From the NCBI GenBank assembly GCA_963775685.1, contig CAVZJV010000005.1, forward strand, positions 64,001-128,000: a stretch of 64,000 bases of DNA, given 5' to 3'. The position numbers were made by a program, and so were the translations under genes. Under the pieces are notes generated by a model. The model ran no database searches and was not told the DNA's origin. It was given only the letters and a program-made list of their open reading frames with translations. This DNA is from Candidatus Bathyarchaeota archaeon. GTDB taxonomy: Archaea; Thermoproteota; Bathyarchaeia; Bathyarchaeales; Bathycorpusculaceae. How positions within the stretch are numbered: the first letter of the stretch is position 1; each line of letters begins with the position of its first letter. Positions 1-10,600 of this stretch are shown here, piece after piece.

Positions 1-54
1 TTGGTTGGCAACTTGAGCAGATTTGAGTCTGGCTGTATTTGAGAAAAGCTTGTT

Positions 55-339
55 CTACCGTGGAGTATTTTCTTTAAGTTTTTGTTTTGATTTCTCGATT
101 ATTTCACAGATTAGACCTGCGGTGTCGTCAAGCATTTTCTTGAGTTTCTTCATGTCTTCTTCAACAATTTCTCGGTTTTCTAGAAGCGGGTAGACGCTCA
201 CGTGTATTAGGTCGAATGTGGCTTTTATGTCAATTTTTCCGGTCCTTTTTTGATCCATGACCGACTTTAGTATTTTTTCTCTTTTTGCGATTTCCTCAAT
301 CTTTAACTTGGGTTTATCGCTACTTAGGCTTCTGCTCAT
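55..339 (-). CDS. Hypothetical helical protein, last visible gene of the isoprenoid/lipid cluster
   Basis: 94-aa ORF whose start directly abuts the stop of 340..1527. Confidence 0.6.
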   Translation of the reverse strand: MSRSLSSDKPKLKIEEIAKREKILKSVMDQKRTGKIDIKATFDLIHVSVYPLLENREIVEEDMKKLKKMLDDTAGLICEIIEKSKQKLKENTPR

Positions 340-1527
340 TTACATAACCACCTCAATCTCTGGAATTTTCATTCCACATAAGTTTAATCCCTTGATTTTG
401 ATTCCTTTTAAGACTAAGTTTAAGTCCAGCTGGTTGGCAATTGCGGAATCTGTGGTAACTGATCCGTTAAGATTTGAAAATTCCAAGCCACCTTTGACTC
501 TCATTATCATTTTGGTGATATGAAGAGTTAATGCCCCGGTAATGTGGGCTCTGTCTGCGTCGCCGTGGAGGGCAACTCCTGCGCCATACATTTTTTTGGA
601 AGTTGATATTGTCACTGGAGTCGTAGATTGTGCCTCGAACGCTTGGGTGGTGACAGAAGGAATTGTAACATTTAAGGCAGTTATGTTTTTCATTGAAGCT
701 TGTGGGCTTGAAATTCCAGTTGAATCCATTTCATCTATACTTGTTTGATCCGTTGCTATGTCGTTAGGACCCATGGGATTGGGTACAGGTAGACAAAGTC
801 CAATGCTAATTCCCAGAGGCGTATCAATAGGAATACTGGTGCATTTCATTTGAATATTTTCAGCGGTAACTTGGTCGATCTTTGTTCCTCTTATCGGATC
901 AGGCGTCATTGAGAACGGACCAATAGAAGTCAAGGAAGAAAGCATTGAAAATTGGCCAGTGCCAAACAAAACATCTCCCAAAGAATGTTTCTCAACATAA
1001 GAATCAAAATCCACCCCACCTGAGACGCCATAACAAAAATCTGACCAACAGATAGGCCAAGGCAGATCAATGTTACCTGAAAAGGTCGTGCTAATGGATA
1101 AAGTAATTTCTAACTCTACATTTTTTGCTTTGCAGGAATCATACTTAAAGGTCCCGCTAAAGTTTTTCAATCGAAGGCTTGGAATCGATATTTGCCCAAT
1201 CTCTATTTCAGCAACAGAGAGAGGCCCGCCAATGCTGGAAGCAATTTCTGACTGCGGTATAACTGCGCGGGTCGTAACCTTTTCTTGTCTAGGCCGACAG
1301 CGCATCGTAGGCGGAGGGCAATCGCAGCCTTTTGATGGTATCTTTGGTAAGTCAAAGCAAACTTTTTCTGTTTTTACATCTATTTTGGGTAAGTTTAGAC
1401 ATACTTTTTGAGTTTCGATGTTTGGCACTGGGATACAGATTTTTTGGTCTGTTGTGGTAGCGACAGAAGTTACTTCTTTGGAAATATTCTCTGGCAAAAC
1501 TTTTTTTGTTCTCGAGCTTTTGCTCAA
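340..1527 (-). CDS. Uncharacterised beta-strand-rich protein with N-terminal Cys-containing repeats
   Basis: 395-aa ORF with three tandem (Q/E)K(I/V)Cxx(L/V)PxI repeats, then alternating hydrophobic/polar strands. No signal peptide is obvious. Confidence 0.75.
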   Translation of the reverse strand: MSKSSRTKKVLPENISKEVTSVATTTDQKICIPVPNIETQKVCLNLPKIDVKTEKVCFDLPKIPSKGCDCPPPTMRCRPRQEKVTTRAVIPQSEIASSIGGPLSVAEIEIGQISIPSLRLKNFSGTFKYDSCKAKNVELEITLSISTTFSGNIDLPWPICWSDFCYGVSGGVDFDSYVEKHSLGDVLFGTGQFSMLSSLTSIGPFSMTPDPIRGTKIDQVTAENIQMKCTSIPIDTPLGISIGLCLPVPNPMGPNDIATDQTSIDEMDSTGISSPQASMKNITALNVTIPSVTTQAFEAQSTTPVTISTSKKMYGAGVALHGDADRAHITGALTLHITKMIMRVKGGLEFSNLNGSVTTDSAIANQLDLNLVLKGIKIKGLNLCGMKIPEIEVVM

Positions 1528-1630
1528 TTGCTTGACCCCATTTCTATGTATGACTTATTGTTATTTATCGTTTTTGTTAAGATGCTCGATTGGTAAATAA
1601 CGATGAGAACTATAGACGTTTTTACTGTTG

Positions 1631-2029
1631 CTAACGTAGTTTATATGTTAAGAAGTAGAATCGAGGTGACATTCTTGAAAGACGTAATATCTGCTCAAAA
1701 ATTTTATAGCATTTTAGCAGTGTTGCGGGTTCTCCAAATGCCTCAATTTTCCCTGATTGAAGTGCGTTGTCGAGGGTAATTCTGCCTTCAAGAAGGTCAA
1801 ACAGGCCTATCCTCGAAAGGATTATGTGTACATCAATTTTTTTGGGTTTATTTTTTTCTCCGATAACAACGTCGTCAGAGGTGACGTGAATTACAGTAAT
1901 CTCATTGTCGAGAGTTTGAAGCCAAGTTAAGCCTTGAGTATCCTTGACAATTTTTTGGAAGTACAGTGGATAATCTTGTTTCATTAACGCTATTAGTTCT
2001 CTAAGAAACTGTTCAAGCTTCAATTGCAT
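1631..2029 (-). CDS. SCP2 sterol/lipid-binding domain protein
   Basis: C-terminal 'LFDLLEGRITLDNALQSGKIEAFGE' fits the SCP2 pattern. The ATG at 2029 overlaps the end of the upstream gene. Confidence 0.7.
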   Translation of the reverse strand: MQLKLEQFLRELIALMKQDYPLYFQKIVKDTQGLTWLQTLDNEITVIHVTSDDVVIGEKNKPKKIDVHIILSRIGLFDLLEGRITLDNALQSGKIEAFGEPATLLKCYKIFEQILRLSRMSPRFYFLTYKLR

Positions 2030-3140
2030 AGCTGTTAACCCTCTTTCGTGGTCGAACTGACTCAAACCAGCAAGGAAGAACAGAATCATATTTTTGGCCA
2101 TTTATCTTCCCCCTGAGGTCTGCTTCACAGAACATTTCGTTGAAAACAACTTCTGAAGGACTCATGAGACTAGCGTTGACTACACTGCACACAGCTTTGG
2201 GGGTAAATGTAATTTTAAGTTTGTCGGCACCCTTAGAAGCGGCAAATGTCAAGTTCTTCGATATTGCAGGATGGTAATCTGGATAAAGCAATTGTGTAAT
2301 TGCCGGCATAATGCTCAGGTTACCATCATACTTCCCTTTTGTGGCTATTTGCATTTCTGCGTTATCAAAGAATTGTTTTTTCCCACTCTTGCTTTCAAAA
2401 AAGACTCCGCCATAGGAAAGATCGTCTGTGTCTCCGTAACGATAAATAAGAAAGTCTATCCTCTCCGGCTCCTGGGCAGCTAAGGGATCACAAAAGATGA
2501 CGCCAGTGTCCCAGCCCCAAGTCGTTCCTATGTCGAAACATCCACCTTCATGGTCCTGATACCCCTGGCTAGTTTTAATTTGATAAGTTTTTTTGTCGAG
2601 CTGTAATTTTCCTTTAACAAGTAATCTTGGTAGCTCCACCCAGTTTTCCCATTGGCGGTTCATTTCTTGGGCAGCCAGAAGCATCTTTGCTTTAGGATCT
2701 TGCACTTTGAGCACATCAATAAATATGTCTTTGTCCGTTACGGGAGGCAGAGCAACCTTAAAATTAAGGTCAAATGAAGTTTGCTCCATCTTCCCTATAA
2801 CTTTGAAAGAATTGTCTTTTAGCAAATTCACCGAGAAACTTTCACCAATAAAGTTTGGGTTGTAGGATGAAACCTCAAGATGATTCATGGGTATTAGCTT
2901 TATTTCAGAATAAATCTTTCCAGTGGGGTCGACAATGTACGCAAGTACTGAGCCCCAACCTCGTTTCGAATCGTAAGGATTGCCATGTATTCCAAAGTTT
3001 AAAAGACCGAATACCCGTTTTTTCCGGTCAAAAAACACGAAATCATGCCATTCCTGGTATAAGCTAACTTTTGTGTCAAAGATTGAGGGTAGAGTAAAAG
3101 CATCGACGCTGGCCGTGTCTTCTACACGGTATAAAGTCAT
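2013..3140 (-). CDS. CrtC/tocopherol-cyclase/AttH-like beta-barrel protein
   Basis: 'QEWHDF' near the N-terminus and 'GYQDHEGG...WGWD' resemble the EWxY and GYxDHxWG-type motifs of this fold. Confidence 0.55.
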   Translation of the reverse strand: MTLYRVEDTASVDAFTLPSIFDTKVSLYQEWHDFVFFDRKKRVFGLLNFGIHGNPYDSKRGWGSVLAYIVDPTGKIYSEIKLIPMNHLEVSSYNPNFIGESFSVNLLKDNSFKVIGKMEQTSFDLNFKVALPPVTDKDIFIDVLKVQDPKAKMLLAAQEMNRQWENWVELPRLLVKGKLQLDKKTYQIKTSQGYQDHEGGCFDIGTTWGWDTGVIFCDPLAAQEPERIDFLIYRYGDTDDLSYGGVFFESKSGKKQFFDNAEMQIATKGKYDGNLSIMPAITQLLYPDYHPAISKNLTFAASKGADKLKITFTPKAVCSVVNASLMSPSEVVFNEMFCEADLRGKINGQKYDSVLPCWFESVRPRKRVNSYAIEA

Positions 3141-3574
3141 TAGGACGACGGCTCGATGTTAGTCTCTTCAGGATTCGGAGCAGCTTTTTCTATGATATCA
3201 ACAGCCCTATTGGAAACTTTTTGCACAAGAGTTAAGAGCTCTGTATTGAATTGGATATAAAGACGCATCATGTCAGCAACAGAGTTGCTCACAAGCTCGG
3301 TCATTTCTTCGTTGTCTAGTTTGCCCATACGGGCGGTCACTTTGCTCAATCTTTGAGCTGTCTGAACAGTGTTGTTAACTGAAGCCTGAGTTAACTTGGT
3401 TAGTTGGTCTTTGTACTCAGGATTGTTTAGGGTAGAAACGATTTGGTCAATGGCTTTCTGCACAGTTTTTGGGTTTGGCATTACTGTTTTGGGATTTGCT
3501 TCTGCGGCATTTTTGGTCCTTGCACTTGCTTTTTTGGTTGTTTGAGCGCTCATTGTTATCTCCACTTTCATCAT
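3140..3574 (-). CDS. Hypothetical amphipathic helical protein
   Basis: 144-aa ORF, translationally coupled to 2013..3140. The start may be the ATG at 3553. Confidence 0.6.
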   Translation of the reverse strand: MMKVEITMSAQTTKKASARTKNAAEANPKTVMPNPKTVQKAIDQIVSTLNNPEYKDQLTKLTQASVNNTVQTAQRLSKVTARMGKLDNEEMTELVSNSVADMMRLYIQFNTELLTLVQKVSNRAVDIIEKAAPNPEETNIEPSS

Positions 3575-3589
3575 CTCTGTTGGTTGTAT

Positions 3590-4615
3590 TTATTTTTTCC
3601 GCTGAATCAGGTAGTTCGTCTGTTCGAGAAAGAAATCTTTCCACCTTTTTTCGACTATCCAGTCGCATTCATTTAGCAAAACGTTCTTTGCTTTGGTGGC
3701 GAATTGATTTGCAGTTTTTCTAGCATATTCAATGGAACCGTATTTTTGCATAAGATCTCTAACATACATCACATCCTCTTCTGTCTTGATTTCTCGAGGT
3801 GTTTCCAATATTTTTCGAATACGGTCTTTCTCTTCTTGAGTACAAGAGTTAAGAGTGTGAATAAGCATGAGAGTTCTTTTTCCTTCCAAAATATCGCCAT
3901 CGATCTCTTTGCCATAAAGGTCCTGAGACGCTGTAAGGTTCAGAGTGTCATCGGTTATCTGAAATGCTATTCCCGTGTAGAGAGCATACCTAGTTATGGC
4001 ATCTAATTGTTTAGGAGTTGCCTCATCTAACCCAATAATTATCCCTGTTCTGCATGGGGTAATAATGGTATACCAACAAGTTTTATTCTCGCAGATATAG
4101 TAATAATCTTCAGGCTTCAAATCAACCCGATTATCTCTAACAAAAGTTAACTCAGTTATCTGCCCTTCTACACTTCTTCTTGCGGTCTCCTGTATTTCCA
4201 TGATTATTTGCAAAGCTTTCCTAACGCCTATCGACGCCAAGTTGTCAACAAGTGGCGACATTGCAAGGATTTTCACCGCGTCCCCTGCATTCGCTGCCAA
4301 AGCAAGACCATACTTTCTGTTTAGAGTAAGGTCGCCGCGTCGATAAATCGATTGATCAACAATATCATCCTTTATTAGAAACGAATTGTGCAAAAGCTCA
4401 ATAGCCGTGGCAGTGTTTATCGCATTATTGTAGTCGCCACCCACTGATGCCGCCGCTGCAAGACAAAGCAAAGGACGAATCCCTTTTCCTGGTCTAGTGG
4501 GATAGTCAGCCAAGAGTTCGTATGCTAACGTTTTTGATCCAAAGTTACGTTTAAGATAGTACTGCATCCGAACAGCTACTTTTTTCTTCATCTTGGACAG
4601 AACTAATTCGCTCAA
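3590..4615 (-). CDS. Polyprenyl (isoprenyl) diphosphate synthase family
   Basis: GKGIRP, first Asp-rich motif DDIVD followed by RRG, GQ, KT, second motif variant FQITDDTLN, and DILEGKRT. Confidence 0.92.
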   Translation of the reverse strand: MSELVLSKMKKKVAVRMQYYLKRNFGSKTLAYELLADYPTRPGKGIRPLLCLAAAASVGGDYNNAINTATAIELLHNSFLIKDDIVDQSIYRRGDLTLNRKYGLALAANAGDAVKILAMSPLVDNLASIGVRKALQIIMEIQETARRSVEGQITELTFVRDNRVDLKPEDYYYICENKTCWYTIITPCRTGIIIGLDEATPKQLDAITRYALYTGIAFQITDDTLNLTASQDLYGKEIDGDILEGKRTLMLIHTLNSCTQEEKDRIRKILETPREIKTEEDVMYVRDLMQKYGSIEYARKTANQFATKAKNVLLNECDWIVEKRWKDFFLEQTNYLIQRKK

Positions 4616-4696
4616 GCGAAGACCAACCCCTCATAATACCCAATATTCATAGATAACCTTTGTCCAGTTATTTTAGGAGAATAAAGCATGCATAAG

Positions 4697-6190
4697 TTAG
4701 TTGGATTTCGCTTTCTCCTCGGTTTCTAAGTAGTTTGAAGACGATGCGATTGCAACGTTTATTGCGCTTGTAGCGGATTTAATGAACCAATTGATGAAGG
4801 CAGATGGGTTCTGGGTTGCTTGAACAGTTATTTCGAAGCCTGTTTGGAGAGCTTCCATTGTAGCTTTTGCCAAGGCATTTGGATCTTGGATTGCGTCGAG
4901 CAAATTTGTGGGCCCTTTTGATAATAGGGCTTGTTCAATTGTTCCCTGGGCGACCTCCAAGTTGGTAGCTTCGCTTTGAGGTACGGTTCCCATTAGGATG
5001 CCTCCGACGATATCAGCATATCTCGGATCCGCTTGTGAACGTGCAGCCATGAGTTCCATTGAACGGAGCCAAAGTGAATTGAAGCTTCGATTTCTTATCA
5101 ATTGAACTATTAGACTTGCAAGTGACATTCCGTATCGAAGTTCTTTCTCAACAAAACTTTGGTATGTCAACAAAGCTTCTTTGGATAAATCGTCGGCTAT
5201 CAAACAAGAGATTGCAACTTCGGAAGCCCATCTGCCACTAAGAAGGGCGTATTGAATTCCTTCTCCGTTTAGAGGATTCACTAAACCCGCGGCATCGCCT
5301 ACAAGCATTACTCGATTGTCAACCAATGATTGGTTTGCGTTATAGGTTGTTAAAGGCCAACCTTTTATCGGCCCGATCAATTTAGCGTTTCTAAGGCGTT
5401 TATGCAATGATAAATCATTCTCGATGAGTTGATTTAGAAGCTCGTTCAAGCGTTTACCAGAAGGTATGGTGTCTAAGACCATGCCGACTCCTACGTTAGC
5501 TTGGTTTTTGCCCGTTGGGAAAAGCCAGCAGTAACCGGGAAAACTTTCTTTGTTGAAGTGCAGGTCAGCATGATTTGAAGAACCATCTACGTCTTTGAAG
5601 TATCCGCGTATGGCAATTATTCTGTCTGCACTCGAAGGAGGGTGCCCCCTGACGAGTTTGGCAATGGTTGAGTTGCTGCCATCCGCACCGATTAAAAGGC
5701 GAGCTTTTAATATTTTTTTACCCGAAGGTCCCTCTACCTGTAACTCAACGATTTTGCGCTTTGTGTGCATACCTACTGCCTTTAATCCCTCAAAGAAAAC
5801 AGCCCCTTCTTTGATGGCTGCGTCTAAAAGTAGTTTATCCAAAATAAAACGAGGAACCACACGCCCGTATCTGGGAAGACCTTGAACCTTTGGCACGGAT
5901 CTGGAAATCAATTCGTTGCCATCCAGATAAACTGACGCTCTCCTAATGAGGTTTGACCTCTTAAATTCAGGAGAATTTGCAAGACCCAACCTTCCAAGCT
6001 CAATTTGTGCTACAGGACTCACAAAGTCACCGCAAACTTTGTCACGTGGAAATTTACACTTGTCAACGAGAATCACATCATAACCCGCAGATGCAAAGTA
6101 GTAAGCAGCAGCAGAGCCGCTAGGTCCAGCACCAACTACGATCACATCGCTATCATATTCTTGTTTTTTGTCTAATAGAATGATTATCAC
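4697..6190 (-). CDS. Geranylgeranyl reductase family FAD oxidoreductase with helical C-terminal extension
   Basis: GAGPSG, FPRDKVCGD, GADG, GYCWLFP and VGDAAGLVNPLNGEGI motifs. Confidence 0.9.
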   Translation of the reverse strand: MIIILLDKKQEYDSDVIVVGAGPSGSAAAYYFASAGYDVILVDKCKFPRDKVCGDFVSPVAQIELGRLGLANSPEFKRSNLIRRASVYLDGNELISRSVPKVQGLPRYGRVVPRFILDKLLLDAAIKEGAVFFEGLKAVGMHTKRKIVELQVEGPSGKKILKARLLIGADGSNSTIAKLVRGHPPSSADRIIAIRGYFKDVDGSSNHADLHFNKESFPGYCWLFPTGKNQANVGVGMVLDTIPSGKRLNELLNQLIENDLSLHKRLRNAKLIGPIKGWPLTTYNANQSLVDNRVMLVGDAAGLVNPLNGEGIQYALLSGRWASEVAISCLIADDLSKEALLTYQSFVEKELRYGMSLASLIVQLIRNRSFNSLWLRSMELMAARSQADPRYADIVGGILMGTVPQSEATNLEVAQGTIEQALLSKGPTNLLDAIQDPNALAKATMEALQTGFEITVQATQNPSAFINWFIKSATSAINVAIASSSNYLETEEKAKSN

Positions 6191-6632
6191 TCCTGATTAG
6201 GGGAAAGGAAAACGAGCCAAAGAGGAGTAATTTAGCATTAGAGCTTGGATCAAGCAAAACTCTGCACATAAGTTTTCATTTCCCGTTTGTTAATTATGAC
6301 TCTATAGAAGTAACTTTGTTAATAACTTTGCTTTTAACCTAAATACCACTCTTTTAGTTCCAACTAACTTTATCAAGGGAAATTCTCTCTTGTTTGGGAT
6401 TATCACGAACAGGACGCTGACCCCTTACATCCTACCTAACAACATTGACCCACAAATATAGACAGATGACCTCCAACCTTACCGCCACAGTTGAACATTT
6501 TGAGATTTATGGAAAAGAATGAGCCACGTGAATGGGCTTCTGTACTAGAAATCGGCAAATCCTTTATGTTTCTGACCAAAACGCAAATAGGCAAAACCGG
6601 CGACTTGTTTTGTATATTGGGGAAGAAATAAC

Positions 6633-7121
6633 TTGTCAGAATTAGCCAACAGCTGTGAATACTTAACAAGTGAGAAATTATGCTTAGCTGTTTTAGAAAG
6701 CGAGAAAGCAAAGGCAGCCAGGCAGGAGCGATGCAAAAATGAAGAGAAGACGACCTGTTGCTATCTTTGCATGTTCGTGTTTAACTGTGCCACTCCCTGT
6801 CGGTTTTTGGGAAAAGGGGAGAGCGAGCTAAACCAAATCGACTCTGAAAAAACCCGCATTGAAAACATATCCATAAGTGAACAAAAACCCGAAGAGCTCA
6901 AAACAAAAAATTCACCTGTAACCCGCTGCTTGTTATGTGACGTCGAGATGTCGCAAGCTCGAACTAAGTTTAAGATAGAGGGTTTGGAAAGATCAGGTCA
7001 AGAACTTTCTGAAGATGACTCAGGGCAATTGGAAAAGGAAGTGCTGCCTGTAATAGTTTATCTCTGTCCAAAATGTGGTAAAATCGAGTTTAAGGCGGAT
7101 GAAAAACTAAGCAAGGACTAA
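6633..7121 (+). CDS. Cys-rich zinc-binding protein
   Basis: N-terminal Cys cluster plus a C-terminal CxxC...CPKCG ribbon. Confidence 0.65.
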   Translation: MSELANSCEYLTSEKLCLAVLESEKAKAARQERCKNEEKTTCCYLCMFVFNCATPCRFLGKGESELNQIDSEKTRIENISISEQKPEELKTKNSPVTRCLLCDVEMSQARTKFKIEGLERSGQELSEDDSGQLEKEVLPVIVYLCPKCGKIEFKADEKLSKD

Positions 7122-7144
7122 TTGTATTTCAAACCTTTGCTAGG

Positions 7145-7288
7145 TTAAGGTTTTTCTTTTTTTGATGAAATAACCGTACCACACTCGGTACATTCCCAAC
7201 AAGTGAGTATCTTGTTCTTGTCATACACAGGAATCATTTCTTCTTCGCATTCAGGGCACAGTTTTTCCAGTTGATTCTTTTTTGACAT
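7145..7288 (-). CDS. Small zinc-ribbon protein (47 aa, below the ORF-track cutoff)
   Basis: Manual translation MSKKNQLEKLCPECEEEMIPVYDKNKILTCWECTECGTVISSKKEKP* has two CxxC pairs. Confidence 0.6.
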   Translation of the reverse strand: MSKKNQLEKLCPECEEEMIPVYDKNKILTCWECTECGTVISSKKEKP

Positions 7289-7657
7289 TTAAATTTCAGA
7301 CGTTTCAAGTGCCATTATGAAATATAAACCAACTGGTAACCAACTCTAAATCGCAATAGCCCCCACAGGGCCTTACGAATCAGGCTTCTATAATTCAAGA
7401 TAGAAAAAATATTAGATGCAGCAATAACGCGACATGAAAGAAAAAAGAGATTTTACATGGAGAACAATTCACTCGGTAGCATACTCAAATCCAGCGCCCA
7501 ACCACAACTATCTGACCAAATATTTACTGCTAAAATTATAATTTCTACCCTATTATTTCTCGTACAAATGTTAAGATTTAGTGAGATTCTGGCAAACCTT
7601 CTAATTTGAGTGTACACCCCAATAGGAAAACGCGATGTAAAATAGATCCTATGGAGT

Positions 7658-10600
7658 TTGACGCAGTTGGGAAGAAACCTCTTCGACACATTGAATAAAT
7701 TTATTATAAAGCGGCATCGCTTGATAATCATTGCCTGGATTATTGCTTTAATTGTTTCGTTAAGTTTGGTTCCCAGTTTTTTTGGGGCAGTTTCATACGA
7801 CATTACAGGCGGTTTTGCCGCTCCCACAAATAGCCAATCCGAAAAAACATCACACATACTAAAGGCTCAGTTTCCAAGTTCTCAAAACCAAAGCGCCAAC
7901 AGCATCCTACTTGTAGTTCATGGCACACAGCCGTATTCCGATGATTTAAGGAAAGCTATACTTGACCTAAACCAAACAATCTCAAAGGACCAAAGCATTG
8001 TGAACTTTACAGGGGAATCCAGCATCTACTCCACCGAGTACAGCTTACTTAATTCGTCAATTCCAAGCATTCTGCCACAAGTTGACGCCCTAGAAAATAA
8101 CATAAGCTCCATCAACACAGGCGTCTATTCATTAGCGACAAACTTGGCTCCACTAAACGCAAACATTTTTCAAACCATCGAAGGAATCAACCAGACCGCT
8201 CAACTGGTCTTTGGGATTCCAGCGGCTTTTGTGGAAGTGTGGCAGGGAATAACCAGTCAAGGATTAACTGACCCATACCTTGCAAACTTTCAAGCCAACG
8301 TAACCGCCTACCAAATCACAAACAATTTCGGAGACGACCCAAGCTCTATCGGCTACTACTCTGCATTCTTTAACGTCTGGAATGCCAGCTTCCTAAGCCT
8401 TCCAAGCAACGCTAGCTCTGTTCAAGACAGGGAAGCTTTGGCTATTAACCAATCAGTCACGCTTTTTTTGGGCAATACACAATTAGATGAACAAACTAAA
8501 CAAATCGTAACAGCAGTTGGTTCAGGCTTGACAGTTTCAAGTTGGAGCCAAAGCGAATCCATCACAAACTTAGCTAAGTCAACAATAGCCTCAAGCATTC
8601 CATCCGACCTGTCAACTCAACTGGCCATCACACCTCAAACCCTAATCAACCAACTCTACAGTTTGGGAGCCGCACCCTCAAACGCTACAATTTTGAAGTA
8701 TGCAATTAACTTGACTGTAAACTCGATGGGAAACCTTACAGACAGCGACATCGGTTTTTCGCCCTCACAACTTGTAAATGAAGCCGTCAACTTGGGTTCA
8801 TCTCCAAGCTTCAAACAGCAATGGATGCTTTCGTGCGAATTTATCGCAAACGCTACCCAAAGCGCATTCGTGGATTCTCCCCTTTTCTCAATTAATAGCT
8901 CTTCCTTAGCTACTTTGCTTTATGTTCTGCCACAAAGGGCCACCTTAACCGAAATCGATGCGGCAATCGAAAACACAATCGCATATCAAAACTATGTTAG
9001 CTACCCCTACAAACCAACCCATGCAATCACCCAAAACTTTGTTGGCACCGACAACAACACGGTGCTTATCATTTTGGGCTTCTCTTCAGAACCAGATGTC
9101 ACATCAATAGCTCAAATAAAGTCAGCCGTACAAAACTCAGAATTGCAAAACCTAGGAACAACCTACGTTACCGGGTCACCTGTTCTCGGTCGCGACATCG
9201 AAAACACCTTCATACCCGCACTTGAACTCACCGTAGGACCCGCGATCGCCATTTCTTTGTTGATTGTCGGACTCTTATTCTTGGCACCTTTAGCCGCGAT
9301 TATCCCGATCATTTTAGGAGGTTTTTCGACAGTTATTTCTCTTGCTTCGATCTATTTTGCAGTGGTTATAGTAGGTAAAGGCGACATAACATTCCTTACA
9401 CCCACTCTGACCATCCTTCTTCTGCTGGGATTAGCAGTTGACTACGCGGTCTTGCAGCTTAGACGAACAAGAGAAGAGAGACAACAAGGCAGATCGGTAG
9501 AAGAGAGCGTAGGGCTCTCCGTCCGTTGGGCTGGGCAAGCTGTGCTTACCGCAGGAATCACAGTCATCGTAGCGTACATAGTAATGGCAGTTGTTAACGT
9601 ACCTATATTCAGCGATGTGGGAACTGCTATTGCCATCAGCGTCTCCATTCTGCTTGCAGCCTCCTTAACGCTGCTACCTGCACTTGAAATCGCTTTGAAT
9701 GATAAAATTTTTTGGCCGGGACTAGGCAAAAACAAAAACATCTCCTCCAATTCGCCGCGTTTAAGAAACCTGGCGAAAAATATACTAAAAAAGAAAAAAG
9801 TAATAGCTATTCTAATAAGCGGGTTGGCTTTGGGCGCATTCTACTTTGAATATACAACACCCACCGGCTCAGACTTCCTAAAACTCATACCAAACTTTTC
9901 CAGCAACCAGGGCTTAACGGTTATATCGAACAGTTTTGGAGGCGCATCCATCAGTCCAACCACCATTGTGGTAACAACCCCCACTCCTGTATCCTACGGC
10001 AAAAACCAACTAAATCAAACTCTCATGGACCAACTTGAATTGGTAGCCATTTCAGTCGCTAACTCGCCCAATGTAGTCACAGTGATTGGCCCCACAAGAC
10101 CGTTTGGTTCCTCTTTCAACTATTCAGGGCTATCAAGCATGTCTGACACGCTTAAGCCGCAATATGAAAGCCAAATCTACTCTATGATAGGGAAAGACAA
10201 TATGACCGTTCGAATCACGGTGGGACTCGCTAACGAATCGCAAAGTCAGATTGCTATGACTTCGCTTCTTCAAATGGAAAAGAAAATTAATGCGCTGGTA
10301 CTTATTGACGGGGTCACAGTTAATTTTGGCGGAGAAACCCAATCCTCGATAGACAGCAAAGCCTTTATGGCAAACCTGCTGCCCGAAGTCGTCGTTATCC
10401 TCTCCGTTGCAGTGTACATAATCTTATTTGTGCAACTTCGGTCAGCCTTCACCCCTCTACGGCTAATTTTCACCATACTCTGCAGCGTAGCTTTTGCGAT
10501 AGCTATTCTCTCAGCAGTTTTCTTCTATGCCAGCAATTTGCCAATCCTCGACTTCGCACCCCTCTTTGTGGTAGTAACTATGCTAGGGGTAGGAATAGAC

